DNA from: a virus
Lineage: Duplodnaviria; Caudoviricetes
Strand: one strand, 5' to 3'
DNA: 64,000 bases
Virus record (IMG/VR): IMGVR_UViG_3300011226_000001
Location: 204,225-268,224 of that record
This document shows positions 35,160-45,234 of this stretch, in pieces. Both the position numbers and the translations under genes were made by a program. The notes under the pieces are model-generated. The model was not told the origin of the DNA, ran no database searches, and worked only from the letters and a program-made list of their open reading frames with translations. Position 1 is the first letter of the stretch. Every line of letters begins with the position of its first letter.

Positions 35160-37496
35160 ATGGCCACTGAATCTATCTACGTTAACGCTCTGCGTCTAAC
35201 GCCTCAGGGAGAACAGGCCGTTGCGAACGCGAATGCTGGTGGACTTGCTGTAACACCAGTGGCATTCAAAGCAGGTGACTTTGTAGGCTCTAACCCATCT
35301 GTGGTTCCAGAGCAGTTACTTGGCAACGAGCTTGCGTCGGGCGCATTGTCATATGTTCAGGTTCTTACCGAGAACAGTGCCCGCTTCGTCTTTGACATTA
35401 AAGTTAAATACGTTGAAGGTGAAACGCTTAAACGAGTAGGTGAGATACTGATCATGCTCTCAGATAACCGACCTTTCGGTCACGTTGTCTTGGAAGAGCC
35501 TATCATTGCTGTACCGAACTCTATTAGTCGCGTGAGTCTTCTCGTACACATCCAGCAGGACATTCAAAAGATTCTTGCTGTTAAAATGGCAGACTACACT
35601 TCTATTCCGAGTGTGGCAACGCTGCAAAACCTTCCGAGCTTGAACGACAACGTGTTCAACGCCGTGTCAGTTCTTGATATGCACGTTAACTCTGACGGCA
35701 CACGCTCTCCGGGTACTGCATATCGCTACGGCCAAGGTTCTTATTACTGGGCTTTCAGTGAGCATGACCGTATTTTCAGCGGACAGATTACTGCTGCCGG
35801 TTTCATCAACGCGAACACCTTTAAGATTGCGTCAATCACCAGTCTTAAAGAGAACGAAGTTGTGCTGCTGCAAACAATATCAGGTACTGGTGCCGGTGCT
35901 TGTCGTCACTTCAAATACACGAAAGGCCAGCTCGTCAACATGGACAGCGCAATTCCTTTCGTTAGTGCTCAGACTTCGATTGCTGTGTGGCGCCGTATCA
36001 CTAACCCAACAACTCCTACTGCTGGCATTCCGTGGCCGCTAAATAACGATGTACCAGAAGCATGGGCATTGTACAGAGGCAAAGACGCGCAGCCTTATTG
36101 GGGACCTGTTGCTGGTAGCACTCGTCAGACGACTGGTACGTTGTTCGTTCCTCCAGGCAAGATGCTGTTTAGTTCTGTTGTGACCACAGCTACTCCTGAT
36201 AAGTTACGTTACACGCTGTCCGAGATTCTCGATAGCTCAACTGACCTGCTGCTAGGTACGTCTGGTGTGCTTCAACCTCGCACTGCGTATAGCGTTGTAG
36301 ACGACCAGCTTTTGCTTTCGTCTTACCCTGAACAGCGTATGCAGCTTGATATGCGTCAGTTCCGTATTGAACCGTCGCAAGGTCACGTTGTGTTGTTCGA
36401 AACATACGAAGGTGTTGGTGACGGCCAGACTGCTCTGTTTAAACTCGGTAGCAAACCGATTGATAGCGTGGACATGATCTTCTGCGTTGTCGGATCGACG
36501 TGGCAGCCTACCACCGTGTATAAACTCACGAACGGTAACAGCGTCACGCTGACAGAAGCAATCCCGTCAGGTCAGAAATACACTTTCTATGTAGCTCGCT
36601 ATGAAGAACGCGCCAACTGGTCTACTCGTATTCGTGTTGCTCAGTATCGCCTGCCTTATGATGCTGATACATTTGTACTGCCAACTACACCTCTGAATAA
36701 GTCGCACTGCGTTGTGGCTATGAGCGGTCTGACAGTACACACGCAAGAGTTCACGGTCGCTGGTAATGTGCTGAAAACGCTGTCGCCTATTCCTGCTGAT
36801 ACCCTCGTTGAGATCACAATCTTCGAGAACGTAATGGCGGTTGGTTCGAAAGACAGTTCAGTTGATGGTGTCATCATTGATGCTATCCCTACACCGACCG
36901 GTTACATGTTCAAGCGTCAAGGTCTGCCTCCTATCGACGTGCCTATCGCTGCTCCTGAAATCATTCAGGGCGAAGGTATTCTGATTAAAGGTACGTGGCC
37001 TGAGATTACGATTAGCAACACTCAGGCTCTTGCCGAAGAAGCTGATCCAAAGAACATGTACAACATCCAGCAGGTAGTCGAAGATTCCGAAGAACTGACC
37101 ATCGTTCAACGTATCGACTTCACGAAGGGTGTTATGCTTACGTGTATCGCTGACTTCCAGTGTCAACTGGGCCCGGGCTTTGCAGCCACCAGCGGTAAAG
37201 AGCATATCGAATACGTTCTGTCGTTCAAAGTCCCAGGCACAGCCGAAGCTGAATACGGTCGTGGTCTTAAGGGTACTGGCAGCGCTGGCTTTAACGTTGT
37301 TACTTCTGATGCAAGTCTGACGGAAGTGATCGCGTATTCAAACGTTAGCCTGACGCAGATGTACACAGTGCTCATTGAGAACCAACCTCAAGGCTTCATT
37401 GATATCGTTGCTAAGGTGCGTATCACTGATTCGCAGATCACAAGCTACGGTTCGAAGCTGTCTGGTAACTTGTGCATTAAGGTTGAACCGAAATGA
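35160..37496 (+). CDS. tail fibre attachment/baseplate protein
   Basis: N-terminus [16 protein letters not shown] resembles tail-collar fibre N-termini; three beta repeats of GDGxxxxF...V...Q...Y...L...P type. Confidence 0.55.
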   Translation: MATESIYVNALRLTPQGEQAVANANAGGLAVTPVAFKAGDFVGSNPSVVPEQLLGNELASGALSYVQVLTENSARFVFDIKVKYVEGETLKRVGEILIMLSDNRPFGHVVLEEPIIAVPNSISRVSLLVHIQQDIQKILAVKMADYTSIPSVATLQNLPSLNDNVFNAVSVLDMHVNSDGTRSPGTAYRYGQGSYYWAFSEHDRIFSGQITAAGFINANTFKIASITSLKENEVVLLQTISGTGAGACRHFKYTKGQLVNMDSAIPFVSAQTSIAVWRRITNPTTPTAGIPWPLNNDVPEAWALYRGKDAQPYWGPVAGSTRQTTGTLFVPPGKMLFSSVVTTATPDKLRYTLSEILDSSTDLLLGTSGVLQPRTAYSVVDDQLLLSSYPEQRMQLDMRQFRIEPSQGHVVLFETYEGVGDGQTALFKLGSKPIDSVDMIFCVVGSTWQPTTVYKLTNGNSVTLTEAIPSGQKYTFYVARYEERANWSTRIRVAQYRLPYDADTFVLPTTPLNKSHCVVAMSGLTVHTQEFTVAGNVLKTLSPIPADTLVEITIFENVMAVGSKDSSVDGVIIDAIPTPTGYMFKRQGLPPIDVPIAAPEIIQGEGILIKGTWPEITISNTQALAEEADPKNMYNIQQVVEDSEELTIVQRIDFTKGVMLTCIADFQCQLGPGFAATSGKEHIEYVLSFKVPGTAEAEYGRGLKGTGSAGFNVVTSDASLTEVIAYSNVSLTQMYTVLIENQPQGFIDIVAKVRITDSQITSYGSKLSGNLCIKVEPK

Positions 37497-38932
37497 CAAC
37501 ACAGTTAAAACTTTCGCAAATCGAAACAACCGCCAATGATGAAGGTAAGTCGCTGGTGGGTGTTGGTGGTAGCGCACAGTTCGAGCAATCGGACACTGCT
37601 GCTCTTACACAACTCGCAAGCGTAAGATTTAACAGCAAGACAGGTGTGTTGGTGTTCATCAAGAAGAACGGGGATGTGATTAACGTTCCCGGACTTCCTA
37701 CTGTAGCTATGTTCGGTGAAGGTAAACCGGGGCGTCGAGGCGCTCCCGGTGCCGCCGGACGAGATGGACGAGATGGTCGTGACGGTGAAACAGGACGTCC
37801 TGGCTGTCAAGGCAAAGTTGGCAACAGAGGCAAGACTGGACCTGTAGGTGACCCCGGACGTGACGGCGAAGACGGTCCTCAGGGTGATACTGGTCGCATG
37901 GGTCCTGATGGCCCTACAGGCCCAGACGGTCCTGAGGGTCCTCCAGGCATACGTGGTCCTCGTGGCAACACGGGTCCAAGCTGTATTGCTGGTGCAACAG
38001 GTCCTACAGGCCCAGCGCCTATCACTACTGCTGTGCTGTCAAGTACGCAGCCTACGGATGGTAAAGTGTTTGTGTGGTTATACCCGACGAACAACGTTAC
38101 CCCTGCACCGCCTCTGCCTACGATAACACCTCTTGCTGCGTCAGTATCAAGTCTGTACATGGTTGGTCAACGTGCAGTACAGGGTTCTGATGTGTTTACT
38201 TCGCTTGCGTATCTGCCTGTTAACGCGCGTGGTGGTGTTGGTCCTTATAAGTATCAGTGGACTATCACAACTACAGAGGGTGTAACGCTCAGTGCGACAA
38301 CATCCTCAACCTGTGTCGTTAACTTCTATCTGCGTCTCGGACTTGGTGCTGATCGAGTAATCAAAGGCACTATCCGTTGCGTAGTAACTGACATGGGGCA
38401 AACATCACGTCCAACCGTCACAGTGAGTTCTGCTCTGACTGTTGTGGCACGTAACCCTATCAACAAAGCGTCTGGCTGTATCGTGTTCGGCTCTGAGGTT
38501 GAAACAATCACAGGACCTAAAGCTGTCGAGGACTTGCGTGTAGGCGATAGCTTGCGCAGCTTCTCTAATCAGCCTAAGAACTTCCGTCAGTGGTCTTCAC
38601 CGAGTCTGAAAGGTAATCTTGTAAACGCTACAGTCGTCGGATTAAAATACGGCGAAGAAGATCATTACTACGTTATCAACGGACAGAAGTTCACGCACGA
38701 ACACCCTGTCTTGATTTACGATGACAGCGTGTGGCGTTATGTTCCTGCGCGTGATGTGCAAGCTGGACAAACTGTTTTGGGTCGCAAAGGACCTGTTGCT
38801 GTATACGAGTTCCGACGCATAGATGCTCAAGTGAAGACAGTCGATATCGACGTTGACCCATTTGATTGCTACTTCGTTGGTGATGTGCTCGCACACAACA
38901 CGGATATTGTTGCGAAAGCGGAGAAAACGTAA
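37493..38932 (+). CDS. collagen-like fibre protein with Ig-like domain and C-terminal Hint domain
   Basis: 33 triplets (one non-Gly interruption); [10 protein letters not shown] Ig-like unit; Hint motifs CIVFGS, THEH and LAHN/T. Confidence 0.8.
   Translation: MTTQLKLSQIETTANDEGKSLVGVGGSAQFEQSDTAALTQLASVRFNSKTGVLVFIKKNGDVINVPGLPTVAMFGEGKPGRRGAPGAAGRDGRDGRDGETGRPGCQGKVGNRGKTGPVGDPGRDGEDGPQGDTGRMGPDGPTGPDGPEGPPGIRGPRGNTGPSCIAGATGPTGPAPITTAVLSSTQPTDGKVFVWLYPTNNVTPAPPLPTITPLAASVSSLYMVGQRAVQGSDVFTSLAYLPVNARGGVGPYKYQWTITTTEGVTLSATTSSTCVVNFYLRLGLGADRVIKGTIRCVVTDMGQTSRPTVTVSSALTVVARNPINKASGCIVFGSEVETITGPKAVEDLRVGDSLRSFSNQPKNFRQWSSPSLKGNLVNATVVGLKYGEEDHYYVINGQKFTHEHPVLIYDDSVWRYVPARDVQAGQTVLGRKGPVAVYEFRRIDAQVKTVDIDVDPFDCYFVGDVLAHNTDIVAKAEKT
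38477..38899 (+). other. Hint (intein-like) domain, 141 aa
   Basis: Cys1, TxxH block B, block F Asp, terminal His-Asn followed by Thr; no endonuclease. Confidence 0.85.
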
Positions 38933-39564
38933 TGAGTCTGATTAAAGTTAAGACCGGTCTCATTCAGGCTGGTTCTTCGACTACTGCTACTGCAATTCGT
39001 GCTCAGTCTGGCGTTCTGACAATAGACCAGAACGATGCTGATGTACCGTCAGAGATAACTGCTGATTCGTCATTCGATGCGACTTCGGGTATTCTTACTC
39101 TCAAGTTCGCTAACGGTCAGTCAGTCAAAGTAGGTGGATTCCCTACTGCATCTGATATCCCTGAAGGTCGTCAAGGCAGCAGGGGTGAGACAGGCGCTGA
39201 TGGTAAAGACGGTCGTGATGGTCGTGATGGAAACCCAGGCGAACAGGGTTGTGACGGTGAGATAGGTCCTGACGGTGAGCAGGGTCTTCCTGGGCCGGAT
39301 GGTCGTGATGGTCTGCCGGGTCCTGTCGGTCCTACTGGCCCAGATGGTCGCACAGGTCCTATGGGGCCTACTGGTCCTACCGGCCCTCGTGGCGGTACAG
39401 GCCCTACAGGAGCAACTGGCGCTACTGGCCCAACTGGTCCTACTGGTGCAGCAGGTCCTGCTGGTCGTCTGTCTATCATCGTGAGTGCTACCCAGCCCGG
39501 AAATGTCGCACCCGGCACCGTGTGGGTAGACCCTACAAAAGATCAAGGCACTACCTGGCCGTAA
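38932..39564 (+). CDS. collagen-like fibre protein
   Basis: 33-34 uninterrupted GXY triplets. Confidence 0.85.
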   Translation: MSLIKVKTGLIQAGSSTTATAIRAQSGVLTIDQNDADVPSEITADSSFDATSGILTLKFANGQSVKVGGFPTASDIPEGRQGSRGETGADGKDGRDGRDGNPGEQGCDGEIGPDGEQGLPGPDGRDGLPGPVGPTGPDGRTGPMGPTGPTGPRGGTGPTGATGATGPTGPTGAAGPAGRLSIIVSATQPGNVAPGTVWVDPTKDQGTTWP

Positions 39565-39573
39565 GGAGTAATC

Positions 39574-40065
39574 ATGGTAGAGAAGGTTGATATATCGCTT
39601 ATCAAGGCCAACGCGTCTGGTCCTGTTGTAGCGACTCAGGGTGGGATTAACGTTGACACGTCAGAAGACGATAGCACACTCAATGGTGCATTCGATGCGC
39701 TTACTGGTGTGCTCGCAATCAACATCCCCAATATCGGCAAGCTGCAAATTGCAGGACTGCCAACTATTCACAGCATCGGCTATGGTCCTGCTGGTGACGT
39801 AGGCCCTTCTGGTCGTGATGGTATTGACGGTCTGATGGGTAAAGATGGTCGTCGAGGCACTGACGGTTGTCCGGGACCACGAGGCAGTGATGGTCCGCAA
39901 GGTAAGCAAGGCTATCTGGGGCTTCGTGGTCCAGCAGGTCCTACTGGCGCTACGGGTCCTACTGGTGCTCCCGGAAACCCAGGAGTCGTGGCTGTTTTCG
40001 TTCAAGATTCCGATCCGGCACTAGATCAGGAGATTCCGCCTGGAAGTATCTGGGTCCGTCCTTAA
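39574..40065 (+). CDS. collagen-like fibre protein
   Basis: 22-23 GXY triplets; AAGGAG RBS. Confidence 0.85.
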   Translation: MVEKVDISLIKANASGPVVATQGGINVDTSEDDSTLNGAFDALTGVLAINIPNIGKLQIAGLPTIHSIGYGPAGDVGPSGRDGIDGLMGKDGRRGTDGCPGPRGSDGPQGKQGYLGLRGPAGPTGATGPTGAPGNPGVVAVFVQDSDPALDQEIPPGSIWVRP

Positions 40066-40074
40066 GGAGAAAGC

Positions 40075-42093
40075 ATGTCTCGTTTTCGCGTTCGTAATGC
40101 TGCGAATAACGGTTGGCATGACTGTGTGGACACGCCTATGTTCATACGCACACATGCTGGAGACTGGACACCTTTAACTCCAGAGAAGTTCAGTGTGCGT
40201 AATCAGTGGGGTCAGCGTTGGCATCACATTGATGACTCGTTTGACCCTACATACGATGACCCGTGTTCGAATCTCGAAACGGGCGCGTGTGGTGGCGGTC
40301 CTACGTCAACAACCAAAGGCTCCGGCAACGGCATAGGGAGTGGCGGTCGTGAGAAGTACGATATCCTTACAGGCTATCCTGCAGGGTTTGACTTGCCTGA
40401 TGCTGGTCGCACTGGCTTCGGTCTTGTCAACTCTTTTGCTCCTCCTACTGGTCGATCTCTCAATCGTCCCGGCATCAAGGCCATCGAATCATACGATCCT
40501 ACTGGTGTTGCTTCTCGTGCAGGGCTAGGCACCTACGCTAACCCCAACGTACCGTATGCGTCTGTTCACGGACGCGGTGCTGTTGTCACTGAAACGTACT
40601 ATGCAATGCCAGCTATCGAAGGTTATGTCGAGCTGATGATTGCCTCGTATGCGCCTGCTGGTGCAAGCGTCGATGTGTATCACATGGGTGTGCGTGTTGC
40701 TTCAACGTGCGGTAGGCTGGCGGGTCGCTCTCGTATCAAATTCCAGTTTGACCCTGATGCTGCTGATATGCGTATCATGGTGCGTGTGCGTACAACGCAG
40801 GGTTATAGCTGGAGCTTGGAAGTATATCCTCCTCGTCTTGCTGCTCCGTCTGACCGTGGTGGGTTGGCACTCGATAGTCAAGCTGCATACGACGTTATCA
40901 ACTTCCCTGACGTCATTCATCCTGATTATATAGGTAGCCCAATCTTCCCAGCACCGTGTCACGCTACAGTCTGGCCTATCACTGAGCGTATTCAGAATGC
41001 TAACGCGTTTGAATACTATCACTTCATCGGCTGGATTGCAGGTTGGATGTATCTCGATTACACGTCATGGGATACGTTCGACTTCATTGAGGTCTATCAG
41101 GGTGGCCAGCGTATCGCTACCACACTTGATGCGAAGACCGGCGAGGGTTATCTGTATTTCTACTTTGACCCGAAAGGCGTTGCGTGTGATATCATGGTGC
41201 GCGTCGTCAGTAAAGACTTTGGTAATGCTGCATCGCTTGCGAGTTGCTTCTACAGTCTCTACTGCCCAGGCGAACGTGGTGCGCGTGAATACATGCACCC
41301 TTGCCAGAGTTATAGCGTGTACTCTGCTGGCCATCCAACCACAGAAGATAATTTTGCATTAGGAACTCAGACGGACATTCGCGCCGGGCTTGTTGTTTGT
41401 GTAGCGAACTCGTTTGATACCAAGTTCGAAGTGTTTGACCAGAACATGACTCTGCTTGATACGTCAATCGTTGCCGCGGGTCGTACAGGCACACTCGAAT
41501 TTTGGAAATACCCTGAGCATGTGCTTCGCGCTAACATCACAGTTCGCGTGACAGCGCCTATCGGATGTGATTGGTCGTACTTTGTGTACTGTCCGATTCA
41601 GCCTCCTAAGATTAACGTGAGTGACTTCACTGTTCCTTATCGTTGTGTGACAATCGAAGGTGGCAACGCGCAGCCTCCAGAAGCTGATCCATTCCCGTGG
41701 TACTGCTACGAGATTGAGCATACTGGTGGCCGTGGCTTTGGTAACTTCTGGTCGCAAGTACGAGTGCAGGACGGTGACTACGGTGTTCTCTGGGGTGGCT
41801 CGAAGGGTTGGTTCAAGTTCAACAACTTCTTCACACGTCGCATTACTCAGGTTACAGTCAACATCGCGTACACAGGCAAACAGGGTTCGTTCCATAGTGG
41901 TATCACATGGAGTGAGCGCTCTAACCCTGGCTTCACATTCGTTCCGAGAAATAACCGCAACATCCAGACATTCAACGTCCCTGTAAACATTGCAGCTGGC
42001 GAAGAAATCTGGTTCTACGTTACCTCAAGTTGGGATAGGGGTGACGGTGTTAACATGGATTATATCTCGATCTCGAACGTGGTCTTTGCATAA
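40075..42093 (+). CDS. putative fibre tip/adhesin with three tandem beta-sandwich repeats
   Basis: Three repeats (VDVYHMG...IMVRVR; IEVYQGG...IMVRVV; FEVFDQN...ITVRVT, ending Y-x-P); Trp-containing N-terminal repeats. Confidence 0.55.
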   Translation: MSRFRVRNAANNGWHDCVDTPMFIRTHAGDWTPLTPEKFSVRNQWGQRWHHIDDSFDPTYDDPCSNLETGACGGGPTSTTKGSGNGIGSGGREKYDILTGYPAGFDLPDAGRTGFGLVNSFAPPTGRSLNRPGIKAIESYDPTGVASRAGLGTYANPNVPYASVHGRGAVVTETYYAMPAIEGYVELMIASYAPAGASVDVYHMGVRVASTCGRLAGRSRIKFQFDPDAADMRIMVRVRTTQGYSWSLEVYPPRLAAPSDRGGLALDSQAAYDVINFPDVIHPDYIGSPIFPAPCHATVWPITERIQNANAFEYYHFIGWIAGWMYLDYTSWDTFDFIEVYQGGQRIATTLDAKTGEGYLYFYFDPKGVACDIMVRVVSKDFGNAASLASCFYSLYCPGERGAREYMHPCQSYSVYSAGHPTTEDNFALGTQTDIRAGLVVCVANSFDTKFEVFDQNMTLLDTSIVAAGRTGTLEFWKYPEHVLRANITVRVTAPIGCDWSYFVYCPIQPPKINVSDFTVPYRCVTIEGGNAQPPEADPFPWYCYEIEHTGGRGFGNFWSQVRVQDGDYGVLWGGSKGWFKFNNFFTRRITQVTVNIAYTGKQGSFHSGITWSERSNPGFTFVPRNNRNIQTFNVPVNIAAGEEIWFYVTSSWDRGDGVNMDYISISNVVFA

Positions 42094-42094
42094 C

Positions 42095-42117
42095 AAGAAG
42101 GGGCTTCGGCCCCTCTT
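42095..42117 (+). terminator. C(UUCG)G hairpin, terminator or processing stem
   Basis: aagaaggggc-ttcg-gcccctctt. Confidence 0.6.
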
Positions 42118-42136
42118 ATCGATCTAAGGACATAAC

Positions 42137-45016
42137 ATGCTGCAACAAAGTTGCTTATATGCGCGAGGCATTACTCCCGTATTTAGCGGTAGCCCAGGTG
42201 ATGGCACCCAAGCAAGCGTAGATGCTATGGCCGTTGATGGTACACGCTTCACTTCGTTTGTAGTTGATGGTCATGCTCAAGCGTTCGTGTGCGGTTTCGG
42301 TGCTGTCTATATGAACGGTCGCTTTGTTCGTGAAGGTAGCCCTATGGTTGACGGCAGCTACGGCTGGCTGGGGAATTACCGCAACAAAAACATTAACAAC
42401 ATGGGTGTGCTGCGTCATCTGCTTACGCAGCGCGGCTATAACTCAAACGTTACTCTCGGTAGCACCATGCTTGTCATCTCTGACCTTGCGCCAGTGAACG
42501 ATGATACTGCAATGGAATCGTGGGGCCAGCTCGTTAGCTACATGCAACGTATGCCTCTCGACATGCTCGCCCACAGTTGGCAAGAGATTAACGCAGGAGC
42601 ATATGGGTATGATGGAACGTACAAGTATTTCAAACAGTTCAGCTCGGTAATGCTGCTGTTGTCTGCTGGCAACCAAAGTATGCCTACAGCAATGCTTACT
42701 GCTTTACGTGAAGCGCATCGTAACGGCGTTAACCTGATTGTGTTGCAGAAAGGTGCGTATGAAGGTAACGTGAACTTCAACGCAATCTTCAACCCGTTAG
42801 GTATTCGCAGCAACGGTCAAGCGTATGTTGTCGCTACACCAAACGCGAAGACAAAGAGCGTGAACACGTTCGGTAATCATATTGGCTGGACGAACGTACC
42901 TCAGTTGCATAACCAGCAGACGTATCACCTTTCCGCTGCGTATCAGTTCACAGGAACTACGCAAGCAGGCCCAGGCTCTATCGGAGGTCAGCCGGGAACG
43001 TGGAAACAGTTTTACTGTGGACAGGTTGATATCCCCGACGACATTATCATTGACCCGCCTGTCATATACAAAGACAAGTGCTGCGTTGAACCCGGCTCTG
43101 CCTATCAGGTAGACTTCGACGTTACCACCTACCCGCAGAAGCCTGATGATTGGCAAGCGCGTATGGCGGCAGGTGATGTATCTGTCTATTGGTCGAACGA
43201 GAACGCACAGTCGCTTGCAGCACGTAGCAAAATCTTCTCGCACGTTGTAGGCTATCAGCGCTATCTCGACACAGGCGATACAGGATATACGATCTTTGAC
43301 GGTGTTCGTTACACTGACCTGCGTGGCTGGAACGTTTATAAGATTCGTAAGTCTGATCTTTCGCTGGTGGAACGTAAACGCTTCGACATTCACGCATCTG
43401 CCGAGGGTACTAACCCAGGTGTTGCGAATGCTGCTGCGTGTGCTGCTTACCTGAACTCGATTGGCTCTGACCATTACGTCTACGTTGTGTCGTATGATAC
43501 CGCAGACGTTAACCGTTTGCAGGGTGGTCTGCCTCAAGCGATGTATCGCATCGGTGCTTCTCGTCGTGTGTATGCTGGTTCGCAGTACGTCTACCGTGCT
43601 GCTTACTCGCTGTTTGGCGAACCCGGTATCGGTGAAGGTAACGCGTGGAATGAAATGTATCGTGGCGCTAAGTCGTCTGATACTGACAGCTACTTCTCTG
43701 TTGGTTATGACTTCGATACGAACGGTTTCCCATACGTTACAGGCACAGACCGTGAAGGTAACATGAGCATGGCGCTCAATGGTCTGTTCGACAACACCAA
43801 GAGCAGTCACCTGCGTTATTACAAAGTGCTGGGTAGTCAAGACGGTGCTTCAACAATGGGTATGCAGCATAACGTTACGATCAGAGACAATCGTTTCAAG
43901 AAGCTGCCTATGTATGAGTCAAAGACATTCGTTGTGTCCGTGACTAACCCATGCTTCCCTGTGCCTAAGGTTCAATCGCATGACTGGGTACACGTTGTTA
44001 ACCGTGCTGGTTCGAACTACGTGCGATATCCGTTCAAGGACTTGTGCGAATATCTGATTACAACGTCAGATGGTGCAGGCCAGAACGAAATGTGTACCTC
44101 TCACCTGATGATGAACTGGGATATGTTCGGCTCTATCGGGTCAGGCACTATCTACAACTCTGCGGGTGCATCGCATAAGATTTTCTGCGGTACGTCTAAC
44201 GGGAACATCAATGACCCTAACTCGTTGTACATCAATACGACAGAAGAGGGGAAAGTGTGGCACATCTATGAGCGTAAGTATCAGCTCATTACAGAAGAAG
44301 CGACGCGTGATTCAAACGATTGGCAGGTGGTTTGGAAGTGGAACGGTCCTGGTACTCAAGGACACAACATCCAGATTGCTGCGGGTTATGAATACATCGT
44401 GTTTGCTTACGACCGTTACGGTGAGATTGAACTTGCTGAACGTCACTTCTTCGTGCCACCAGCAGAGTATCTGCCTAAGTGGGGATCGAACTACTACTGC
44501 CGTGATTTCTCGAACTCAACCACGTTCACTGTTGACCGCTCGCTGCGCTGCAATGCGTACTGTGAGAAGTCAAGCAACCACGGCGGTGAGAACGGCATTA
44601 TGATGATCATTCGTCGTCCTCTATTCTTGACTACAGGCGCTTCTGACCGTACTGGTTGGGAATGTATCTATAACGGTAACAGCACGACTGTTCCTCGCGG
44701 CAACAACTACAACATTCCGTGTGTGAAAGATTATCAGTACATGGTTCTGTGTACAGTTGGTGACGGTGCTTATTCATCCCACCACTTCAACGCGTGGAAA
44801 GGCGCATTCGATATGGTATGGGAAGGATTGTTCGAAGCTGACTCCGGAGGCCGTGCCTCATGGACTGCTGGGCTTGCGACGTTGATGCAAAGTGGCAACT
44901 CAGGAGGACGCACGATGGACTGCTTTGTTGATGACTATCGCGCTGCACCTATCGGTGTATTCCAAGTGTGGCGCAGACCTATCCTGTGTTGGGAACCTGA
45001 CGAGATTGAGGAATAA
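42137..45016 (+). CDS. large virion protein with ILEI/PANDER (GG-type lectin-like) domain
   Basis: RGWNVYKI...RFDIH...YLNSIG...VYVVSYD...AMYRIGA...YRAAYSLFG at ~43310-43660. Confidence 0.65.
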   Translation: MLQQSCLYARGITPVFSGSPGDGTQASVDAMAVDGTRFTSFVVDGHAQAFVCGFGAVYMNGRFVREGSPMVDGSYGWLGNYRNKNINNMGVLRHLLTQRGYNSNVTLGSTMLVISDLAPVNDDTAMESWGQLVSYMQRMPLDMLAHSWQEINAGAYGYDGTYKYFKQFSSVMLLLSAGNQSMPTAMLTALREAHRNGVNLIVLQKGAYEGNVNFNAIFNPLGIRSNGQAYVVATPNAKTKSVNTFGNHIGWTNVPQLHNQQTYHLSAAYQFTGTTQAGPGSIGGQPGTWKQFYCGQVDIPDDIIIDPPVIYKDKCCVEPGSAYQVDFDVTTYPQKPDDWQARMAAGDVSVYWSNENAQSLAARSKIFSHVVGYQRYLDTGDTGYTIFDGVRYTDLRGWNVYKIRKSDLSLVERKRFDIHASAEGTNPGVANAAACAAYLNSIGSDHYVYVVSYDTADVNRLQGGLPQAMYRIGASRRVYAGSQYVYRAAYSLFGEPGIGEGNAWNEMYRGAKSSDTDSYFSVGYDFDTNGFPYVTGTDREGNMSMALNGLFDNTKSSHLRYYKVLGSQDGASTMGMQHNVTIRDNRFKKLPMYESKTFVVSVTNPCFPVPKVQSHDWVHVVNRAGSNYVRYPFKDLCEYLITTSDGAGQNEMCTSHLMMNWDMFGSIGSGTIYNSAGASHKIFCGTSNGNINDPNSLYINTTEEGKVWHIYERKYQLITEEATRDSNDWQVVWKWNGPGTQGHNIQIAAGYEYIVFAYDRYGEIELAERHFFVPPAEYLPKWGSNYYCRDFSNSTTFTVDRSLRCNAYCEKSSNHGGENGIMMIIRRPLFLTTGASDRTGWECIYNGNSTTVPRGNNYNIPCVKDYQYMVLCTVGDGAYSSHHFNAWKGAFDMVWEGLFEADSGGRASWTAGLATLMQSGNSGGRTMDCFVDDYRAAPIGVFQVWRRPILCWEPDEIEE

Positions 45017-45019
45017 GCG

Positions 45020-45223
45020 ATGCCAGCATATGCACGTTTAGCATTCAAAGACCCTTCAAGAGACAGATGGGTAGCTAATTTAGCATACGGTGGAACGAAG
45101 GTTCGGTTTCAAGATTCAGACGGAAGTGTGCGTTGGGTGCGTATGACAATCAACAACACGAAAGTTAAAAACCCTGAAGCCGGACAGTCGGGACAACCTG
45201 ATTGGACAACACTGACTGGTTAG
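45020..45223 (+). CDS. small fibre-associated protein with three basic/Trp beta repeats
   Basis: GAGG RBS; resembles the N-terminus of the 40075 ORF. Confidence 0.55.
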   Translation: MPAYARLAFKDPSRDRWVANLAYGGTKVRFQDSDGSVRWVRMTINNTKVKNPEAGQSGQPDWTTLTG

Positions 45224-45234
45224 GAGTTTAGCCC

